A stretch of 63,871 nt of DNA, the filler included, from Guillardia theta CCMP2712 (taxonomy: Eukaryota > Protista > Cryptophyta), in assembly GCF_000315625.1 (NCBI RefSeq). It is 6 parts of 6 records of this genome, joined end to end, with 100 filler letters (N's around TTAATTAATTAA, not from the genome) between each part and the next. Parts side by side here need not be neighbours in the genome. Positions count along the whole stretch, not along the records: positions 51,817 to 57,657 come from NW_005434202.1; positions 57,758 to 62,353 come from NW_005434580.1; positions 62,454 to 63,871 come from NW_005434376.1; 3 more parts are not named here. One strand, given 5' to 3'. The translations under genes and the position numbers were made by a program. Below are positions 51,939 to 63,871 of the stretch, piece by piece (position 1 is the stretch's first letter; the number at the start of each line of letters is the position of its first letter). The notes beneath the pieces are model-generated. The model made no database searches. It was given only the letters and a program-made list of their open reading frames with translations, and was not told the origin of the DNA.

Positions 51939-52929
51939 TTACAAGATGCTCTTGAACAGGAAGGGAGTGTCCTGGATCACCGAAGCCTTGGTCAAGAACT
52001 CCTCGTACGCGTACGCAGTGATGGCGAGCATCGCAAGGCGTCCGTTGTTGAGCTCCTTGAGCTCGAGGTCGCGCTTCACCGGCTCGCTCTTGCCAGTGTA
52101 GAGGCGGAGGGGGTCGAAGCCGAGGTCTCCGGGGATGTAGTCAGCGCCCCTGGTGCGGGTGAAGGCGACAGACTCGACGGTGGCGGTGAAGATGATGATG
52201 GCCATGAAGAAGACCGGGTTCACGCGGTCAAGACCTCCGTTGAGCAGGGAGGGGGCCTTCTCTCCCGCAGCCAGAAGGTCCGGCTGTCCCAGCATCTTGG
52301 CCAGGTACGGCTGCACAAGCTCCGACACGGGCCATCCAGCAGCCGCAAGCATAGCAAGACGCCCGTGCTTGAGCTCCGCCTCCCTGTAGTTCTTGAGCGC
52401 GTCCATGGAGGTGGCGCAGTTGAGGGGATCGAAGCCCTTGTTGCCCACCATGACGCAGTCGGCCAGCACCGAGTCCGGCTTGAGCAGGCCGAACTTGATC
52501 GCGTTGCGCACGTACAGGTTGCCACCCTGAGCGTCATCGAAGCGCTGCATGTTCATCAGGCGCTCGTACTCGGCGTAGTCGATGACGCGTTGCCGTCGAT
52601 GTCNNNNNNNNNNNNNNNNNNNNNNNNNNNNNNNNNNNNNNNNNNNNNNNNNNNNNNNNNNNNNNNNNNNNNNNNNNNNNNNNNNNNNNNNNNNNNNNNN
52701 NNNCAGCCTTGAGCTCGGCCATGTCGATGCTGCCAGAGCCGTCCGCGTCGAGCTTGTTGAAGAGCTCCTTGGTGAGCTTGACCTCTTGCTCGATCTTGGT
52801 GGGAGCGCTCTGCATGCGGAGGGAGCAGGTGGCAGGGCGGGAGGAGGCCAGGCGGGGGAGGCCCGAGGAGGCGGGGGCGAAGGCAGAGGCAGAAGCGATG
52901 GCAGCGAAGGCAGCGAGGGTTCGCAGCAT
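51939..52929 (-). CDS. EF-hand + Lhcz-type chlorophyll a/c-binding protein, copy 1 (N gap 52604-52703)
   Basis: Reverse complement of 55430-56371 apart from the gap, one S/A change near the N-terminus and a 1-bp loss beside the gap. Confidence 0.88.
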
Positions 52930-52968
52930 GGCGGGTGAAGATGGGGGAAGGCAGGGAGGGACGGAAGG

Positions 52969-52975
52969 TTATATA
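52969..52975 (-). promoter_or_regulatory. TATA box of LHC copy 1
   Basis: TATATAA about 40 nt upstream of the ATG, conserved in both copies. Confidence 0.6.
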
Positions 52976-55383
52976 GAGGAGAGGGGGGAACAAGTGCAGG
53001 GGGCGGGGCTCGCTAGGGAACTGAACGGTCGGAATGGATCGGGGGGAAGGTAGCCCAATCTCCTTGTTGCTTTGAGGGGACGGTACAGAGCGAAGGGGGG
53101 GTGGTGTTTGTACGAGTGGTGGGTGGGGTAGTCTTTGCAGATTGATCTTTCAAAGGGATAAATTCCTGTAGGGTGGGTGGTGCTGAAAGAGAACACTTAG
53201 AACAACGTTGCTAGGGGGTGGTATGAAATAGGGGGTACAGGTAATTTGTGGCTGAAGCAAGCCTGTGGAAAAGGTAGGTACTAAATCAGAATATTGTGAG
53301 TGGGGTACATCTCATGTTTGCCAGGGGGTCCTTTTATGGGGCACATTGTTGTATTTTCACAGTGGACGGGTTACAGGATGAGCAGGGGTGGATATCCGGC
53401 TGGATCGGGGGGGTTGTCGTTTGTGCATAGTAGGGTGGGTTTGAAAATGGTCTAAAGGACGGGTGGAGCAATCAAAAACTTCCAATCGTTGCATTCTTGT
53501 CAGTTTGTGCTGTAAACTCTGTGCACAGCTCCTTATGAGTCTGTCGGACCCCCAAGTACCCTACCCAGGATAATCCATTATCTATCGTGGGGTAGGGTCT
53601 CAGGGGTACTAAAGTGATGGAGAGCCGGATCACCGCACCATGATCCACTTTGTTCAGTGGCTTCTGGAATATTCTAGACCAGGCGGAATATCCGGACCAT
53701 CCCCAGCCGACTCGTGATGACTCAGGCCCTGGGAGGCTGTCCAGTCCGGCGAGCCCGGCCAACCGACGTGAACGTCAACCGCGCCCGCGGCGGCCGGGCC
53801 GGGGTGACGGTGGCCGGGCGACCCGGACCGCCGAGTGAGTCGAGACCGAGTTTACTAGCGCCTGAGTTAATGCACACGAACTTCCGAAACTTGAAACCAG
53901 ACTGAGACTCGATTGAGGAGCACATCATCCGACTCATCCTCGAGATTGACTGTCACGATGCTTGGATGTGACTTGAAAAAGTTGAAACTTGCCCCAAGCA
54001 TCCACCAGGTGACCGTGGGAAATGAGAGGACTCCTCAGCAAGACTCTGTGACAGCTAGGAACTTCGGAAGCCCTCTCTTCGTCACGCATGCCAGGCTACA
54101 TTGCCGCCGCTCTGAAACACGTAAGTCATCATGTTTTACCGGGCCGTACGGTACGGTATAGACTTGAACTCGGCTGAGTTTTGACGGTTAACCGTCGGCG
54201 TCGCAAGTTTCGGTGATCTAATTCGGCCGGGCCCGGCGGGGCACGGCTCAGCGCCGGGCTGGCATACGCGATCGGATCCATCACGGCGACCCGGTATCGG
54301 ACGGTGACCGTCCGACTACCGTACTGTACTAGTGACGGAAGTACGGAACTTAAGGTCACGGCTCAGTGAGTCGGACACGGCGGCGCCGGGCGGTTCAACG
54401 GTTTGCACTCCGGAACCGTGATTCCGGGCCGAGTTCAAAGTTTCCGAGTTCCGAGTCGGGGACTCACTCAGTGACTCCTGATCAGTGATTGTCCTCGCCG
54501 TACTGATAGAAAGTGAACCCATGGAAACTGCCGCGTGACGGGCCGTGACTCGGCAAATGTACCCCACCGTTGGCGGGGAGTCCGACGGACTCCCGGGAAT
54601 TGATGATTGCCAGAGCCTGTGACCGAACCAGCCGGCCGGGCATGCACGCACTGCGGCAGGAGACGGCTCAGTGTACCGTCGGCACCGGGCGTCCGGCGGT
54701 GGGTACACATAAGGATGCGCTAAACCTTGATTGCAGAAATTTTGCGAAAAGGACTCATTTTGATGATTTCGGGGGAAACACCCCAACCCCCACCCTCAAA
54801 ACAATAGGCATCTGTACCCCATGGACGTCGTCTCACGACGAGTCAGGGTTCTTTATGACAGTCGTGAAGCTACCCCACCCCTCAAACATTTATCAATAAG
54901 TACTCAGATGTACCGGTAGTATATCAAAGCGTCTTTATATGTGCCTGCAGGTCTGAGCGAGTCTGGCGACCAGAAAGGCCCCTGGATCATCCACAGGGAC
55001 GCTGGACCCCCTTTTTCATATGGTAAATAGGGGGTGAGGGTACGAAGGGGACCCGTGCGGGAGATATGATCTGCTCAGGTAGGGGGTGGTCGTATCCCTT
55101 CCTTTGCCCCTTGCAATGGTGGATGAGACCTTGGGTGGTGGGGTCATCAAGAACGGGTTCTATGGTCTAGAAGGTGGGTACTAAAGGTGAAAGACAGGGT
55201 AGGGGTTGTGAAATAAGGGGGTAGTAGGAACTGATGGACGCACCTTTAAGTATGCACACCAGGTATGGGTACCCCCTAAACAAATGCCCCCCTATACCCC
55301 ACCACGACAAGTACAGTACAGTGATGCCAAACGTACCGGTACTTGTTGACACCCCACCCCAATGTAATACCCCTGCACTCCTC

Positions 55384-55390
55384 TATATAA
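55384..55390 (+). promoter_or_regulatory. TATA box of LHC copy 2
   Basis: TATATAA followed by a pyrimidine-rich leader and CCGCCATG. Confidence 0.6.
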
Positions 55391-55429
55391 CCTTCCGTCC
55401 CTCCCTGCCTTCCCCCATCTTCACCCGCC

Positions 55430-56371
55430 ATGCTGCGAACCCTCGCTGCCTTCGCTGCCATCGCTTCTGCCTCTGCCTTCGCCCCCGCCTCCTCGGGCCT
55501 CCCCCGCCTGGCCTCCTCCCGCCCTGCCACCTGCTCCCTCCGCATGCAGAGCTCTCCCACCAAGATCGAGCAAGAGGTCAAGCTCACCAAGGAGCTCTTC
55601 AACAAGCTCGACGCGGACGGCTCTGGCAGCATCGACATGGCCGAGCTCAAGGCTGCTCTCGGCAACAACCTCTCCGCCGAGATCCAGGCCCTCATGGCTC
55701 GTGGCGACATCGACGGCAACGGCGTCATCGACTACGCCGAGTACGAGCGCCTGATGAACATGCAGCGCTTCGATGACGCTCAGGGTGGCAACCTGTACGT
55801 GCGCAACGCGATCAAGTTCGGCCTGCTCAAGCCGGACTCGGTGCTGGCCGACTGCGTCATGGTGGGCAACAAGGGCTTCGATCCCCTCAACTGCGCCACC
55901 TCCATGGACGCGCTCAAGAACTACAGGGAGGCGGAGCTCAAGCACGGGCGTCTTGCTATGCTTGCGGCTGCTGGATGGCCCGTGTCGGAGCTTGTGCAGC
56001 CGTACCTGGCCAAGATGCTGGGACAGCCGGACCTTCTGGCTGCGGGAGAGAAGGCCCCCTCCCTGCTCAACGGAGGTCTTGACCGCGTGAACCCGGTCTT
56101 CTTCATGGCCATCATCATCTTCACCGCCACCGTCGAGTCTGTCGCCTTCACCCGCACCAGGGGCGCTGACTACATCCCCGGAGACCTCGGCTTCGACCCC
56201 CTCCGCCTCTACACTGGCAAGAGCGAGCCGGTGAAGCGCGACCTCGAGCTCAAGGAGCTCAACAACGGACGCCTTGCGATGCTCGCCATCACTGCGTACG
56301 CGTACGAGGAGTTCTTGACCAAGGCTTCGGTGATCCAGGACACTCCCTTCCTGTTCAAGAGCATCTTGTAA
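55430..56371 (+). CDS. EF-hand + Lhcz-type chlorophyll a/c-binding light-harvesting protein, copy 2 (intronless, 313 aa)
   Basis: ASASA-FAP presequence; loops DADGSGSIDMAE and DIDGNGVIDYAE; GFDPL, REAELKHGRLAMLAAAGWPVSE, PSLLNGGL, PGDLGFDPL and KELNNGRLAMLA. Confidence 0.95.
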   Translation: MLRTLAAFAAIASASAFAPASSGLPRLASSRPATCSLRMQSSPTKIEQEVKLTKELFNKLDADGSGSIDMAELKAALGNNLSAEIQALMARGDIDGNGVIDYAEYERLMNMQRFDDAQGGNLYVRNAIKFGLLKPDSVLADCVMVGNKGFDPLNCATSMDALKNYREAELKHGRLAMLAAAGWPVSELVQPYLAKMLGQPDLLAAGEKAPSLLNGGLDRVNPVFFMAIIIFTATVESVAFTRTRGADYIPGDLGFDPLRLYTGKSEPVKRDLELKELNNGRLAMLAITAYAYEEFLTKASVIQDTPFLFKSIL

Positions 56372-56621
56372 GCTAGGAGAGAGTTGTTTTTGTATTGTAC
56401 AATAGATGGGACGAAAACAAAGCAAACGAGTTGAAAGTTTTTCGATATGTATCAAAGACCTGTCTTTTGCACTCTCACATGGATGTTAAAACACTCTCGT
56501 TACACGGAATTGTGTATTTCGACACAGGTATCAGTTATCAGAACTCGTCACGTTGATTTTTTTATTCCTTGTTCAAGTTCGTCGAAATTATCTGAACGCT
56601 ATGAAGGACTATCACCATCAA

Positions 56622-57630
56622 TTACAAATCCTTGAGGAGGCTATCTCCGTCCGAAACCTGAAGTTTCCAAAAGAGTTCAAACTTCCAAACTTCTGCTATG
56701 AAAAGTTCCAAACCTTGAGATCTCCCGGCGAGGCCTCCTTCTTGAGTGACTTGATGACTCCATTGTCCACGAACAGAGCATACCTGAACCCAGTCAGGCC
56801 CGTCTGACTGCCTACCAGCAGACTCTCCTCCTCTCCTATTCTCCTCCTTCCTTCTTTCCTCCTCCCTTCCCCCTTCCTCCTCTTGTCCTTCGATCTCTCC
56901 AGCTCCCCACGTCGTCTTCCCCCTCCTCTCCACCCTCCTTTTCTCTTCTCCTCCTCCCTTCTTTCCTCCCCCTTCCTCTTCTCCTCCTCTCCTCCTCCCT
57001 TCTTTCCTCCCCCTTTCCTCTTCTTCTCCTCTCCTCCTTCCTCTCCCCCCAACGCTGGTTTATCCTTGACGTGTGCCATACCTGTTCGTCCTCGATCCGA
57101 CACCAAGGGCAGCGACGGAGAGGTCGAGCTCAGAGTGCTGGGAGACAAGCAGCTCAGGGGAGGGAAGGCAGGGGGTGGAAAAAGACCATGAACTTGGTGA
57201 ACTCGAGGTCACAGTCGGAGTAGAACTCGATGCCGGTGGCCTTGTCCCCGAGCTTTGGGCATGTCAGAAGAAAGGGTTGAGGGGGGAGGAGGGGAGGGAA
57301 TAGCACGGAACGGGAGGCATGGGCAATGAAGCAGAAAGTGAAAGTGAAAGGGGAGGGGGAGCAGGAATGAGCGAGAGAACGAGGGAGAGGGAGAGGGAGA
57401 GGGAGAGAGGGAGGGAGAGGGAGAGGGAGAGGGAGAGGGGGAAGGGGGAGGACGAGGACAGAGCTCACAGCTTTAGCCCATCCGTTGAGAACGTAGGGGT
57501 CGTTGGTGGAGACGCAGACAATCTTGTCGACGTTCTTGGACTTGAAGGCAGCCACGTTCTTGGAGAAGGAGGGAACATGCGCCTGATGGCAGACTCCAGT
57601 GTAGGCACCCGGGACTGCGAAGAGCACAAC
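56622..57630 (-). CDS. Type II peroxiredoxin (PRX5/Redoxin family, PrxIIF-like), 5'-truncated
   Basis: VVLFAVPGAYTGVCHQAHVPSF, IVCVSTNDPYVLNGWA, IEFYSDCDLEFTK, DLSVAALG..RTNR|YALFVDNGVIK; PGAYTGVC is the motif of plant mitochondrial PrxIIF. Confidence 0.92.
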
Positions 57631-57757
57631 CTGCAGGTTGTCAGAAAGGGGAGGAGGNNNNNNNNNNNNNNNNNNNNNNNNNNNNNNNNNNNNNNNNNNN
57701 NTTAATTAATTAANNNNNNNNNNNNNNNNNNNNNNNNNNNNNNNNNNNNNNNNNNNN

Positions 57758-60050
<2,293 letters not shown>

Positions 60051-60615
60051 GTGTCTTGTGACTTCAGCTGAGCTGGAGGTGTAGGTGATAGCATGACATC
60101 AGCAGCGGCGACGCGTGAAGGTTCGCCATGGAAGCTGACAGATAATCGAGTCAGTGAGAAAACCAAGACCATGCCAGATATCCCTGCTCTCGCAAGATCA
60201 GCCTAGTCCCTCCTCTTCTTCCTTCACTCCCAGCCTCGCTCCTTTGCATCTTGCCACACCTGTGTTGGCCTGTCTGACGCTAGTGGTATCCTACCTCTCT
60301 TCCCTCTCCCTTCTCCCTTCTCCCTTCTCCCTTCTCCCTCCTCCCTCCTCCCTCTACTCTCTCCCTCCTCCATGTACTCTCTCCCCTCTCCCTGCTCCCT
60401 CTACTCTCTCCCTTCTCCCTCTACTCTGTCCCCTCTCCCTTCTCCCTCTACTCTCTCCCCTCTCCCTTCTCCCTTCTCCTCGCTCCTCCTCTCGCTCCAG
60501 GATCAGGTCTTGCCCAGGATCCTGTCCCATGTCACCGTCCCACTACCACCCACCCCACCCCTCTCCCTCCATTCTTCGTCGTGCTCATCATGGGTAGGGG
60601 TACCTCCTGCTCGCA

Positions 60616-62144
60616 ATGCGACCGGCGGCAGGGGCGATGACGGCGATGACGCTCGTCGTGCTGGGGATGGCGGGAGGAGAGGGAGGAGGGCGGGAGGGAA
60701 GGGACACACTATGCGGGCGCCTGCTGCTAGCGGACAGCATGAGACCCTCCTCCCTCCCGCACGAGCAGCTGCAGAGTTGGGGTTGTCCATCAAATCCGAT
60801 GGGACTTCAAACTATGGACGAATGCGGTCAAAGGAGCCTAGTGAGGCTTCGAGGGGGGAGGAAGGAGAGAGAAGGAAAGGATATAGAGTTTGTGACAGGA
60901 GACGGCAGGACGATCGACGTGAAGCAGGATGGGGTATCCCGCACCCACTGCTCCCCTCGCTGGCTCACGTTGCTATGTAGGAAGTGTCAGTTAGAGGGTC
61001 GCGCGATGGCAGAGACGCCAGGGCATGTGAGCATGAAGCTGCTCTTGTTAGCGGAAGAGCTCACTCCTCGGTGCGATGTCACAGCTGCAGGGACCAACTT
61101 TCCGAAGGAGAAGTCGGAGAGGAGAATACAAGTAACGTCGGCGCGGAACAGCTCGCATGCATGACTTGCTCGTTGTTCAGGGAGAGATTCGGAGGGAGAG
61201 GAACCGTTTGCTGTCAGAGAAGATGCTGCAAGAAGCCATCTCCACCGTTCCCGGTTGCGTTGCCCGTCAGTTGCTCCTGCTGCTGAACTCTGATGATACA
61301 CAGCCAAGGACAAGTTCGTCTATGAAGATCCAAACTGGAAGATAAACCGAGTGAGGATGGAGTACGCAGTCCCGAGAGAGGTGAAACACGTTCCTTGACT
61401 CATCTCATCTCATTCCATCTCCGCTCCGCTTCTCTCTTCTCCCCTCCCCTCCTCTTCCCTCCTCGTTTGCTCATGTGTGGTACAGACCGTGGACGAGAAG
61501 TATGAAAGGGTGACGGCAAGTATGAGGAGGCAGACGAGGTAGTGGAAGAGCAGGAGCAGGAGCAGGAGCAGGAGGAAGAGGAAGAGGAAGAGAAGGAGGA
61601 AGGAGGATCATACACCTCTCCCTCCTTTCACACAGCCCAGCTGCTCTCCCTCCCTCCCTTCTTCCTTCATCCCCTGGAAAGATCTTCACCCTCTCCTCCT
61701 CTTCCTCCCTCTTCAATTCTCTTGTCATTCCTTCTTCCTCTTCCTCTTTTATTGACTATCTTCATTCCTTCTTCCTCTTTTATTGACTATCTTCATTCCT
61801 TCTTCCTCTGTTATTGAGTATCTTCATTCCTTCTTCCTCTGTTATTGATTATCTTCATTCCTTCTTCCTCTGTTATTGATTATCTTCATTCCTTCTTCCT
61901 CTGTTATTGATTATCTTCATTCCTTCTTCCTCTGTTATTGATTATCTTCTGTCAGGTCAAGAAGTACAAGGCGATTGCCACTGTGGAGAAAGACTTTCTC
62001 ATAGTCAGTATCTCCTCCTCGTTCTACTCCTCCTCCTCCACCACGGAGGCAGAGGAGAAGGAGGAGCTGGGAGAGGGACAGAATCAGGAGGGAGGTGAAA
62101 GACGAAGATGGACTCAGAGTGGTTCGGCGCTCGATGCAGCATGA
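60616..62144 (+). CDS. Multi-exon hypothetical protein with a hydrophobic leader and an LVRLRGG motif
   Basis: ORF from 60616 plus downstream GT-AG-bounded exons ending VKKYKAIATVEKDFLIVSI...; exon structure not fully resolved. Confidence 0.4.
61749..61948. repeat. 31-bp minisatellite x6-7 (intronic)
   Basis: TTATTGA recurs at 61811, 61842, 61873 (period 31). Confidence 0.9.
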
Positions 62145-62625
62145 CAGGAACAGGAAAGGGTATTTTGAGAGCGAACACATGATGTGCAGCAGCTAAGAGA
62201 GTAAACAAGGCAGGGGGTGACAGGTAGCCAGAGACAAACAGAGTCATGCATGAGCACTTCTTAGCGCTTCCGATACATTCCATACAATCTCATTGCTCAT
62301 GCGCTCCACTGTTCTTAGTGAAGCCCAAAAATCTGAAACAGGAAGATATCGGGNNNNNNNNNNNNNNNNNNNNNNNNNNNNNNNNNNNNNNNNNNNNTTA
62401 ATTAATTAANNNNNNNNNNNNNNNNNNNNNNNNNNNNNNNNNNNNNNNNNNNNAGAGTCACCGGATGTCCGAGGCTGTCAACCGTTGAGGCTCCTGCACG
62501 GCTCGTGCCCATCAATCTTCAGCCTTTTGACTGCACCTTGATCACCGTGGCACCCCCTCGGACCTGACTCCGGGGCCGGGCGTTAGGGGCCGGGCCCAGT
62601 GACCCGGTGACCGATGCAACCCTCC

Positions 62626-62664
62626 TTTTTACTCAAAGTTAAGTCAAACATCAGTACGAGGACA
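62626..62664 (+). repeat. Copy of the dispersed ~40-bp motif
   Basis: TTTTTACTCAAAGTTAAGTCAAACATCAGTACGAGGACA, two substitutions relative to the core of the 43055 copy. Confidence 0.85.
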
Positions 62665-62812
62665 TGACCAGTATCGGAGCCCGGCGGGCCTAAACAGTGA
62701 ACCTGCAGTGCGTCGGATGTCCGGGCCCTGTAGGGGGAAGAGGGGGGGAGGGGGCGGAGATTCTTCATAAGGTCCCTGCCTAGCGATCCTGCATGTCAAG
62801 TTATAGTTTGAC

Positions 62813-63750
62813 ATGTCCACGTTCTCGTCACTGTGAGATGAGGTCGAGTCCGAGCTCATCAAGCTCCGCGTCAGGGTTGAGATGCACAGGAAGGAGGATG
62901 AGAGGGATAAAACCAAGATCAATGAGGACTTGCTATACCTGATGTACAAGTGCAAGGGAAAGTTGCAGATTGCCTGTGCAATGATCAATCAGGAGCAGGT
63001 GCTCGCCGCCATGCACTTTCAGAAGATGATCATGATGGTTCTCAAGAGCATCTGGAATGCCAGGAGGAGTAAGAGGCTGCTGAACAAACAAGGCGAGCAG
63101 ATGCACCTGTATGAATATATCAAGACATTCCAGATGGTGTCATATCGTAACTATGAGGGTGAGCTTAGCATGATGATCCAGCAGGGTATCGATGCTGTCG
63201 TCACTACCGCGATATCAGAGGATACCCCTGGAATCACAGTGCGGTTGAGCCAGGTCCGTGAAAGCAACCTCAAGGCAGAGGTGGAGCAGTTGCTGCAACA
63301 CCAAAGAGAGCTCGAGCAATGTATCAAGACATCGTTCTGCTCCATAGGTGTCTCGATCTACAACGACGTTCAACGCCTGCGCACGATTCAGTCGAGGGTG
63401 CCATGTCTAAGACCCGCATCGGGGGTCTGCTTGAAGCTTTCAAGAACAACCTCCAGGACTCGCTTGTCCTCGCTACTAGCATGGAGTTTATCCCTCCAGG
63501 CTGCTATGCCTTCAACGTGACCGTTGACTGCGACCCCGTCAGGACGGGTACAATGCGTGCGCTGCTCGACGATGCGGAACGTGAGGTGGTAGCGGTCGTA
63601 GACTGCTTGTCCTGTATCGAGGATAACTATGGGATTAGCAGCGATGTGCTGTTGTGGATTGCAAAGTGTGTCTTGACGGAGGAAAGAGACAAGAGTGAGT
63701 TATTGAGCCACAGGGAGCATTGGGATATCACTACTCGCTCTGTGCGTTAG
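62813..63750 (+). pseudogene. Intronless helical hypothetical gene with an in-frame stop and a frameshift
   Basis: ATG 62813 reads MSTFSSL*DEVESELIKL... (TGA 62834-62836) in frame with ORF 62882; coding-like sequence shifts frame near 63390 into ORF 63319-63750. Confidence 0.6.
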
Positions 63751-63871
63751 CTTGTAAACCATTCAATGCAAAGGTTTACATCAATTACTTCTCATCCCAC
63801 CTCGATATCGTCTACAAACCCTCGACCTGTGACTTTGCAGCCCTGGGGGCAGAGGAAGAGGACCGGGGAGC

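Noticed and set aside
52575-52603. 1-bp deletion suggesting LHC copy 1 is a pseudogene
   Set aside because: It lies within about 15 nt of a sequencing gap, so a contig-end error is more likely.
55421-56455. Long antisense ORFs over the LHC, hydrolase and ankyrin-like genes
   Set aside because: Expected shadow ORFs of GC3-rich coding sequence; no motifs.
51939-57630. LHC pair next to a peroxiredoxin as a photoprotection cluster
   Set aside because: The peroxiredoxin resembles the mitochondrial PrxIIF type and its targeting sequence is lost in the gap; eukaryotic adjacency alone is weak evidence.

Overview
Eukaryotic nuclear DNA from an alga with a secondary red plastid, most likely a cryptophyte (inference from ASA-FAP bipartite plastid presequences, a Chl a/c LHC, an RWP-RK factor, short GT-AG introns and dense microsatellites). 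The window is several contigs joined by N runs, five of which contain an artificial TTAATTAATTAA linker. Genes break off at these linkers, so gene order across them is unreliable. Recognisable genes: FkbM-type methyltransferase, mitochondrial lipoyl-like domain protein, type II sulfotransferase, RACK1, a plastid-targeted nucleotidyltransferase-like/JmjC fusion, a micro-exon COX7c-like gene, an ABC-F C-terminus, RWP-RK, two alpha/beta hydrolases, an ankyrin-like repeat protein with a frameshift, a PrxIIF-like peroxiredoxin, a filamin-repeat protein and a terminal pseudogene. Highlights: (1) an Lhcz-type light-harvesting protein fused to two canonical EF-hands, present as an inverted near-identical pair, a candidate Ca2+-switched antenna; (2) GC-rich intergenic islands bordered by a conserved ~40-bp motif and paired with strand-polarised GTACCC/ACCCC upstream tracts; (3) a 172-bp TG...CA element with perfect 23-bp terminal inverted repeats and a 5-bp target-site duplication; (4) two apparent pseudo-domains. 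All homology calls come from motif recognition by eye; no searches were run.
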